A stretch of DNA of 64,000 nucleotides from Cyanidioschyzon merolae (lineage: Eukaryota): NCBI GenBank assembly GCA_000091205.1, contig AP006499.2, one strand, 5' to 3'. Positions within the stretch are counted from its first letter, which is position 1; every line of letters starts with the position of its first letter. Positions 10,001 through 18,456 of this stretch are shown here, piece after piece. A model generated the notes under the pieces. It ran no database searches and was not told where the DNA came from. It saw only the letters and a program-made list of their open reading frames with translations. Both the position numbers and the translations under genes were made by a program.

Positions 10001-12646
10001 ATAAGCTGCACACCGTGCTGGAAGTGGGGATCCCGGCTACACAGTACACGCACGAGCGAAGCTGCACGGTACACGCTCATGATCAACGATGTGGATGCGG
10101 GTGTAATGGTCTATTCTCAGAGTGTCACATTCTCGAAGAAGCAAGTTCAAGAGCGCGAGACATCATTTTTCGAAATTTATCTGAGCCATGGCGGTCAATG
10201 GCCACAAACATTTGAAGCGGTGTTCCTGTCGGAGGAGTGGCTCGGGGCAGACCAGAAATACGTCCTCCAAACAGATGCCCCTGGTCCGCCACAGAGCCAG
10301 CTAATACGGACGCCACTTCTGAACCTGCGCCTGCTGGGCCGGGAGGCACTCGGATTCGGCCTCGGTGCAGCGTGCGACACATTATTTCCAGGTCTGTCGC
10401 ATCTCAACCCGATCCAGACGCAAATTTGCCACAGCGTTTTGCACTCGGACGCGAGCTTGTTCATTGGGATGCCACCGAACGCTGGGAAGGATCTTGTGCT
10501 GTTACTGTGCATCCTGCGTCAACTACGCGCCAAGCGCAGTGCCCACTGCCGAGTGCTCTACCTCAGTCTTGCTTCGAATAATATGGATGACATGGACGCA
10601 TGTCTCCGCAGGTGGCTCTCCGTGTTGGATGTTCGCCTGCTTGACCTGAGCGATGGCTGCAAGGCAGGGATTCATGACCCAATGGTCGTCTGTTGCGTGA
10701 CGCCCAAGCAGCTGCTCGACTGGCTCCTCGATAAAACAGAGTCAGCGATTGCGTTCTTTGACAGTGTGGATCTTGTGCTGGTCGACAACATGCACCACTT
10801 GAACGAGGACAATGGTGTACTCGCTGAGAGTGCTCTAGTTGCCGTGCGTGCCGTTACTCGAAGATCGACGCGACTGGTTGCCTTTGGGAATCTCATTGGT
10901 AACGCAATGGATCTGGCTTCATGGCTATCTACAAGTCGTATGTACAATTTCGCACTGGAGCATAGCCCTACGCCGATAGCGTTTAGTGTGATCCCTTTCC
11001 GAGAGCGGAACATCGCAGAACGTTTTGCGCGAATGGATCAAACCATTCGTAAGATCGTTCAACATCACAACGCGGAGCAAGTTATTGTGTTGGTGCAGTC
11101 GGATAGGGAATGCATCGAGACCGCTCGTCGGCTGCTGCACGTGGCTGCAGCTGACGGGACATCCCATAGAGCGGGCATAGAAGGACATCTACTAGATGTT
11201 TCTGTTCTGAATGCGGATATTGGCCAGTTCCTTGCTTTCGGGATCGGTGTTCTGGTAGGTGAAATGAATAACGTGCTTCAGAGCCTCATGCAAGATCTTT
11301 TCTCAGCCCGGAAACTTTCATGGTTAGCCGTAGCTTTTCCACTTCTAGATGAGCTGCGATGCAGTGCACCAGTTGTTGTTGTGAAAGGCACGGAGTGGCA
11401 CCTTACAGCTGGCGGAACATGGAAGCATTTGAGTCCAAGCGTACTATTGAAAATCCTGCAACGCTGCGGTTGCCAGGAAATACAACGCGGTTCATTTTAC
11501 CTCCTCGCTTCAGAATCGCGCAAGGCATACTTTCAGAAGCTACTAGAATGTGAAGTTCCCGTCGAGGCAGGCATTCGCACTGAGGAAGACCTTGGCTTGT
11601 TTCTGTGTCAGATGGTTGCAGGCGATCTTGTGTCGGAGCCAGAGGAGAGCTTTCAGCTGACGCGGGAAACGTATCTTTCGCGGCGTCTGGCCCAGAATCC
11701 GAGCTGGTATCCCTGGGTAACCGCGAACGACAATGAAATGCGAACAGTTGTGGAAACGTCTCTCTTGAGGATGGCCAGCATTGGTCTCCTTAGAATCCAA
11801 GCGAGTAGCTCAGCGGTGCTAACCCTCGAACCAACCACGCTTGGTAAGCTGGCTTGTTTCTTCTCTCTGAGACCAATTTTTTTCGAACGCATTAACAATT
11901 TACTGAGTGAGATGAATCAAGAAAAACGCGAGCAGAAAGCCCATGATTTGGCGCATGAAGACCATGCTTGTATGCCCGATTCTTGCAAAGTGGAGGATTC
12001 GATTCCAGACGCTGCAAAGGAAAGCGACAATGGCCCGGCGACCCAAGTGATTCCATATAATGTCGTCCGCTTCGAGACGGCCGCCAGAGAACTGCTCTAC
12101 ATAGGTCTGCGCGAGATAGCACCGCACTGCTCGAGCATGGAGCTGGCGGTGGCGGCGGCAGTCGTAGCGGCTGAAAAGGGTTTTGATCCAGCCGTGTCCC
12201 CCTTGCTAAGATTCGCTAAGGTAGAACGGAAGGAGCACAGGCGAAGCTCCCATGCGCGCCCAACCCCTCGAATTGCGCTGAACGTTAGCAGCGTTGAACG
12301 TGTTCAGCTGAACTGGATCCAGGTGAGTCTTTGCTTTCGGAAAATCGAGCTGGAAGGCATCAACAGGACTCAGCCCGAACGCATATACGCATCGGCACTA
12401 CCTGCTTCCTGCCCGGTTACCAAATTGGTCTGCTTCGCATTTTCTGCTGTGACTGAAGAACTCTTGGGATATGGGATTTCGGAAGAAACTGTTCTCCACG
12501 TAGATCTTGAACTACGGCGACATATTCCCGCTGGTGGCAAACTCAAGCTGAAGCTTTTCTGTTTTCCGGTGGAGCTGACGCATGAAATAGGTGTGAGCTT
12601 GAGCGACGAGCAAATGAGCGCGTCGTCTTCCACCAGAAAGCAGTAA
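7052..12646 (+). CDS. Ski2-like DExH-box RNA helicase with two tandem helicase cassettes (Brr2/ASCC3 family). The first cassette is canonical; the second is strongly degenerate. Single exon, 1864 aa.
   Basis: Cassette 1 carries motif I '[18 protein letters not shown]', motif II '[21 protein letters not shown]', plus SAT (LSATLPN) and the Ski2-type QIFGRAGRP motifs. Cassette 2 has a degenerate motif I '[10 protein letters not shown]' and a degenerate motif II 'LVDNMHHL'. Overall length and architecture fit the Brr2/ASCC3 family. The N-terminal region before motif I is only about 275 aa. Confidence 0.8.
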   Translation: [1864 protein letters not shown]

Positions 12647-13283
12647 GGCTACCATAAACCGCGCAAGGCACCCTACGGTGAGATCATCTGTTGGTGCACC
12701 TGTGCATGACTGCTGGTCCACGTCGAGTTGAGACTCTGATTCCGCGTAATTACGAAGAATCTCTCGGGCTGACGACGAGCATGGAAAGCAAAGCGTTCAA
12801 CTGCAGACGCTCCCAAACTCTGTGGATGCTCCCGGGTACATGCCAAGAGGTCACTCAGAAGTACTTGAGGTCGCAATTACTCTGCATACGAGACTCAAAG
12901 CCGACAATGGGAAGCAATCGCAAACTTGTCAGGGGACATGGCGATCATGAATGTAAAAGCACGCAGGTGCGGGAGAAAACTCTCGAGCGTGCCGAAATAA
13001 TTTTCTAGCATGCAAGAGATCCGAAATGCGGTATCCCTCACCGCAGGCTGCAGCAGGTACCAGCATCAAGCCAAGGGCATTTGGCATCCCTAATGACTAA
13101 TTTTCCTCGAGACGAATGCGTTGACGAAAACCCTGCGAATGCGAGTCATCTAGCGATTTGAACCGCATTCACTGCGCTGGTAAATGTGCGCATGCTCACT
13201 AGTCCCCACAGCGAAGTGCATTTTGTATACGGCTGCTATGGGCAAGTCTGCAATGACTCCGACTCCGGCCGAACGTCGCACTT

Positions 13284-14219
13284 TCAGACACTGGAACGCG
13301 CGCCAGCTTTCCGGTCATGTCCATGGCAATCTGCCGGAGAGTCCATGAAGCAATGAATATCCGGCGGAAACGAGGCATCTGGCCACTGATCATCGCCACC
13401 ATGGAGCCACTGATCTCGTTTCTCCGCGATGAGCGCGAAATACTTCCGATCCTCATCGGGAACATGCAGAATCTCTGCGAGCTTTAACCAGACGAGTTCG
13501 TCTTGAGGCCGCAATGGGTTTCGTGAGCTCGTCGATAATCCAGGAATGTTGGCGCCGCTTGAAGTATTCGTGTCTATGGGTCCACGGTGCACTCCATCGA
13601 GCAACGTTGCTGCGACGTCGTCAGGGCTGCATACCTGCTCAACCTCGGAGTCCGACGACCACGAATCAATGACGGATGTCGACCCTTCGGAATCAGTGAT
13701 GGTGGCGTCCTGGTCCGCCGAAGAAACGCTTAGAGCGAGCTGCGCAGCAGCGACAAACTCGACAGCCTCTACGGGCTGCGAGCGCTCCTCGGTACTCGTC
13801 TCCGGTTCCTCTATTCGAGTTGAGGCACTCGTTACACAGGTTAGTAAACCCTCAACTCTCGGTTCGAAATCATCGGAAGTTGCACCCTGAGCATATGAAG
13901 CTCTACCCTCTCGAAGGATGCTGAGCTCGCTAACCAGCCGGTTCCGCAACGTCACTGCGGACACATAATCTCCCTTTAAAGACTCTGACTCTTGCGCGAC
14001 TTCAACGCTCCCCTTGACTGATTTTTGGAACAGAAGCAGCCTGCCAAGCGGGCGATAAATGGATCCCGAACCAAAGGATCCCATTTCTAGACAGCACACT
14101 GCTTCGGTCTGATGCTGATAGGAACCGAAAGAAACAAGTCGGTAATGGACTTCGATGTGGAGGCTGTTAACGCGCACGTTAGGGACGAGCGGCCGATCGG
14201 ATGCTGTCGTTCGGTGCAA
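13284..14219 (-). CDS. Hypothetical acidic, Ser-rich protein (311 aa); no recognisable domain.
   Basis: Long ORF in a gene-dense stretch, lying divergent to the UBTD-like gene about 58 bp away. Composition is coding-like and low-complexity acidic. No family signature recognised. Confidence 0.35.
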   Translation of the reverse strand: MHRTTASDRPLVPNVRVNSLHIEVHYRLVSFGSYQHQTEAVCCLEMGSFGSGSIYRPLGRLLLFQKSVKGSVEVAQESESLKGDYVSAVTLRNRLVSELSILREGRASYAQGATSDDFEPRVEGLLTCVTSASTRIEEPETSTEERSQPVEAVEFVAAAQLALSVSSADQDATITDSEGSTSVIDSWSSDSEVEQVCSPDDVAATLLDGVHRGPIDTNTSSGANIPGLSTSSRNPLRPQDELVWLKLAEILHVPDEDRKYFALIAEKRDQWLHGGDDQWPDASFPPDIHCFMDSPADCHGHDRKAGARSSV

Positions 14220-14276
14220 GGCACGCGGACGTCCGAAACTTGAACGTTAAAGCGAATATCGCTGAGCGTTTCGCTC

Positions 14277-14831
14277 TTGGAGGTTTCTGACTCGTTTCGA
14301 GCAGAGCACTGCACCTCTGTGGATCTTGTGATAGAATATGGGGAAATGACACTTGAGAAAAAAGAGTACGGTGCGCCTGGTTTCTGGCCTGGGTCGATGA
14401 TAGGCAGGGTGCACGCGTTCGAAACGCCGGCCCCGCTGACGAGAGCACAGCTCGACCGGCTTCGCGACGAGTTCTTTGAGACCCGTACAGAAGGCCACCT
14501 GGAAATTTGGACTGCTATAAGGGCTGCTTCTCATGCACAAGAAGCGGGCGACGATGAGTTGGCATACGCAATTATCACGGCTGTTGGGATCCTGCCTGCG
14601 GAGGTGGGTCCTGCCGGTGAAGGGCTTGGCGAACGTATCCCCTTTGCTGAACAGCCTCTGGACCGTCTACTCGGGATGATATGCGGTTGTTGTTTTCCGG
14701 CTTTTACGCGTTACCGGACGTTGGAACGTGTATATGACCAGCGTGGTTTTCTGTACGAAACGCCGAAAGAGTGCATTGCGACACCGTCGAACGTGCTGCC
14801 AGATGAAAGCACTGAAGCCTCAGCACGCTAG
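14277..14831 (+). CDS. UBTD1/UBTD2-like (ubiquitin domain-containing protein) homolog. Only the N-terminal domain is present; no C-terminal ubiquitin-like domain could be found.
   Basis: 'LDRLRDEFFETRTEGHLEIWTAIRAASHAQEAGDDELAYAIITAVGILPAEVG' aligns with the human UBTD2 block '[54 protein letters not shown]'. 'ERVYDQRGFLYETP' aligns with UBTD2 'ECYDELGNRYQLPVY'. The ORF stops before where the UBL domain would be expected. Confidence 0.6.
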   Translation: MEVSDSFRAEHCTSVDLVIEYGEMTLEKKEYGAPGFWPGSMIGRVHAFETPAPLTRAQLDRLRDEFFETRTEGHLEIWTAIRAASHAQEAGDDELAYAIITAVGILPAEVGPAGEGLGERIPFAEQPLDRLLGMICGCCFPAFTRYRTLERVYDQRGFLYETPKECIATPSNVLPDESTEASAR

Positions 14832-15489
14832 AAAGCAAAATGGATGGCGGTCTCCTGCAAGGCAATATCGAGAGGCAGGTAGCCTGCTAAGTCGCGCGCC
14901 GTTTGCGCGGCGCGTTGCTTTCGCAGCGCATACGAGGCTCTTCACCGAGGCTATTTGTTAGTTGATCCGTCGCCTGCGAGCTTGCGCAGTTCTGAGGTTA
15001 CGGGCGAAACGCCTCCGACAGCATGATGGATACGAAAAGATTTTGCAGACGCTACTTTGAGAGCGAGATTGTTGCTCATGGCTCTTAGCAGAAACCGTGA
15101 AAATGTTCCTTGGCGCCGTTCGTTGCACCGATGTCAGACGATAGTCTTTCAGTTGAATTTTGTTTCAACCTCAATGCAGTGTATAGCAGTAGATCGAAAT
15201 TACTGTGCAATGTACCCTATAGATCGTGTACGATTTGTCTGTAGGATATATTCTTTATTAAACAGTGCAAGCAGATCTGCATTCCTCATTCAGCTCTATC
15301 ATACAACGGTGTTCAGAATGTTGAGGAACACCGAAAGGAAGAGTTATATGCGCTCCGCGCCGAAAACCGATCTGCCCAGAGCGTGCCTCCGGTCAAATGT
15401 AGAAAACGATCCTTTGATTACCTTTTACGGAAGGCAAAATCAACGACAGTAACAGCTGCGGGTGTCTCTGTTGCTCTACAGCTTGTTTT

Positions 15490-16048
15490 TTGGTTCTGAA
15501 ACCCCCGCGATACAGCCGCGAAAAAAGCGCCCTAGTTCATTCACGGCCAACTTGCACAGAAATCGCAATAACGGAATTCCTGGAACGTCGCGATCGATAT
15601 GGAGCACATCTACGTCGGTTTGATTTTTCAGTCGATGAGACTGCCTTCGGAAGAAGCTGTCGGAGCGGTTATGTGTATTTTCGGAGCGGAGCGCCTGTTG
15701 TATGTACGATCGAACTCGAAGAGAATGACGACATCATCATTTGTTCTAGCCGCCGTGGATTCATTAGGCGGCCTCAGTTTCGCTCGTAGAGAAGGCTCGT
15801 CCAACAGCGACCACCGCCTGGAGTCATTGAAAGCATTTCCCCTGACGTCTGGCGAAATACTTCTACTGGACCACGTTGCATTCAACTATCCCCAATGCGT
15901 CCGAGCCTTTGGTAAATCTATCGAAGTACAGCTGCTTTTCGTTCCCTCTTTCTCTCCGGGGTTCAACACCATCGAAGGGGAGATTTCAATCGTGAAACGT
16001 AATAATCGCTCCACTGGACGAATCGGTGGAGCCTTCAGCACACGGTGA
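15490..16048 (+). pseudogene. Tc1/mariner (IS630-Tc1-mariner, DDE_3) transposase relic, frameshifted.
   Basis: Two overlapping ORFs in different frames. The first carries the first-Asp region 'FDFSVDETAFGR'. The second carries 'ILLLDHVAFNYPQ' (the DNA-x-H block) and 'FVPSFSPGFNTIEGEISIVKR' (the LPPYSPDLNPIE...W..K block). Homologous peptide fragments recur at 17.1, 30.2, 45.6 and 47.3 kb. Confidence 0.7.
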
Positions 16049-16099
16049 CACGTCGGGACACATGTCGTCATGCTTCCGCGAGTCCTTCTCCCTCCGGGA

Positions 16100-16600
16100 A
16101 GGTCCTCACCAAAGGACATAAATAAGTGCATTCATTTTCTAAAATAAATTACCTAAAGAAAAAGCATGGATATGGAAGTTGAGGATCCTTGGGGGTCGTC
16201 ATCGGTGGCTGCCGGTAAAAAACGAAGAAAGTCACTTTTTCCCGATCATTGAGCACAGAAGAGAAAGTGAAGAACAAAAAGAAGAGGGCAGATAGGCGAG
16301 AAGAGGTATTTGCAGGACAGGACGACGACGAGACCCTGGTGACACGGAGGGCACAATTTCTAGCAATCCTTGCAATGATGAGTTCAACCAGCGGCAACTC
16401 ACGCAAGGAGTTTGTGAGCCGAGATTTCAATGTCGCCATCATTATCAGACGTTGTGTCGTGCTGAAGACGAGACCCGACGAGCTGCAGCGATCCTACTTC
16501 GCGAGGCAGCCTCTCAGGCTCTAAGTGTGCTGTGCAGAACTGAAGCCGAGAGCAGGTGGCCGGTCGAAAATGGCGGGGAGGCGTCTGTGAATGAGTATAT
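16100..16600 (+). mobile_element. Truncated 3' fragment of a TnpB/Fanzor-like element: the RuvC-III coding tail plus a conserved downstream non-coding segment.
   Basis: ORF 16249-16524 ends with 'FVSRDFNVAIIIRRCVVLKTRP', to be compared with 'FVNRDFNAAVNIRRYAVLENRP' at 53.6 kb. The downstream 'aggtggccggtcgaaaa...gaggcgtctg' is conserved with 53790-53850. The upstream 'gtgcattcattttc...gcatggatatggaag' is conserved with 31300-31350. Confidence 0.6.
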
Positions 16601-17099
16601 ATATACAGTTTTTGGCCGTGAGAAGTTTTTGCTTTACATGAAAATGTAAGATGAAATACTCGCTATGTTCCTATTTTGCGTTATTTTCGAACTGTTTGAT
16701 TAAATGCACAGTCTCGACATTCGAATTGCACCAGTAAATGCTTACGGATTCATAGGCAATTTTGGGATCCTCCGTCTCCCTTCCGGAGGATGTTCTTTGA
16801 CGCTTCGCAGCTGGAACTCTTGACGATCTCGGAATCGAGATGATTTGCGATGCACTCGAACAAGCAATCGTAAAATAGCTGATATGGTTATCCATTTCAT
16901 ACGTGCAAGCATATAGTCTTCTCCGTTCCGTATGTGCAGCAAGCTTACATCACGCATGTTTAAAGATTTTCTTGCTTCTATTTCAACGCAATTTGCTGGC
17001 GCAGCAATTTGCGTCGTTACATTGACGCAGAAAAATCATGATGTAGTTCCTTAACGACTTCTGCATTGGCTTACATAGAAAGTTTAATGAAACCATCAC

Positions 17100-17500
17100 G
17101 AAATATAATCGCATCCGTTCGAACGAGAAATCCTCCTTTCATGGTGGCCATCGACGAGACGTCTTTCGATATTAGCGAAATACCTTTCACGGGAAATGTT
17201 TTCAGAGACGTCGGTGCTTTCTGTTTGCGCGGAAACTGATTTTGAGCTCGCGCTCCAGTCAGAGCAATGATCGATTTCAGTGGAGAGATTGTCAGTGCTT
17301 CACACAAATGGAACGTAGACAAATCGAAAAGTCTCGATATTCCCACCGATAATTTTTTCATCAAGGACAACGCACCGTTCGACAAATCGTCTATTATACG
17401 GAACAGCATGCACTTGCACATGCAGCCGAAGGAGTACTTGCTAGCGGATCGCCAAGCTCAAGCCGATGATCGAACGGAAGGAGATAGGGCTCGCTAACGG
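17100..17500 (+). pseudogene. Tc1/mariner DDE_3 transposase relic, fragmentary and frameshifted.
   Basis: Plus-strand peptides 'MVAIDETSFDISEIPFTGNVF' (first-D block) and, in another frame, 'FFIKDNAPFDKSS' (DNA-x-H block). A conserved 'AIDILRLLTTELEGYERP' motif follows about 640 bp later at 17740-17830. The same spacing is seen at 30.2 to 30.9 kb. Confidence 0.5.
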
Positions 17501-18456
17501 AAAAGGTCACTCATGCTAGCCGCTTGTACCCGTCCAAAACATGGAGTGAACAATGAAGCATGCGTTTATGCGCGTCATGGTGGCTCTCGGAGGAGGTTTG
17601 GTGGATACACACGTAAACCTGAATAAAGCCATGTGTACCCGTAGAGAATGTCGCCACAAGGCTGGATACATGGATGCTGAAAATGACACGAGATGTGCAG
17701 ATCGCAGATACAATATGGCTGTGAAATGCATGAACAAGAGCCGGAAATTGCGAAATCAAGACAAACGCGCTGCCATCGACATCCTTCGATTGCTGACAAC
17801 GGAGCTGGAGGGGTACGAGAGACCACGAGTTTTTATAGCCAGAGATAGTAAAGTGGAAATGGAACAGTCACCGGAAAGCCCTCAAAAGCTGGTTTTCATG
17901 AGAGTTGGTAGACGCTCAACCTTAAGAGTATACTCCCGAGATAGCTGGGTGGACCAGTTCCATTTTAGTCTGCCATCGGTGCGAGGCCGAGTCAGGTGCA
18001 CTCAGATCTTACGAGTTTAAAGCTCCATCCAAAGAGGCAAATATCGGAAATGTTTCTGTTGTTTTCACTGTAAAACCAAGCTGAAAGCAGAAAATCTGAT
18101 CATTCCAGACACGATTCAGCATTTGAGGAGACGTACGTGATACGTGACGTGAACACTGGGCCTCGGACGGCAGGTCTACCGTTGTTAAAAATCGCGGACG
18201 AGTATCCGTGGGTCAGTTGCCAGCAGCAGCTTTCCCAGGTAAATACTCAGATCCATGAACACGATGTGTTACAGCTGGAGATTCGCTCAGAGCAGCTATG
18301 GATCATGGTCGTTGAAACGCAGTACAACTCTGCCTTCTGTTGCGTTGTCCGCGACGGCCCACCCAGTAGTTTCTAGAGGATTTTAGAAACTTACATTTCT
18401 CTATGTTGGATGTCAATGGTACCGCACAAGGTCTCCTGGGTCCAGAGGCTGTCTTT

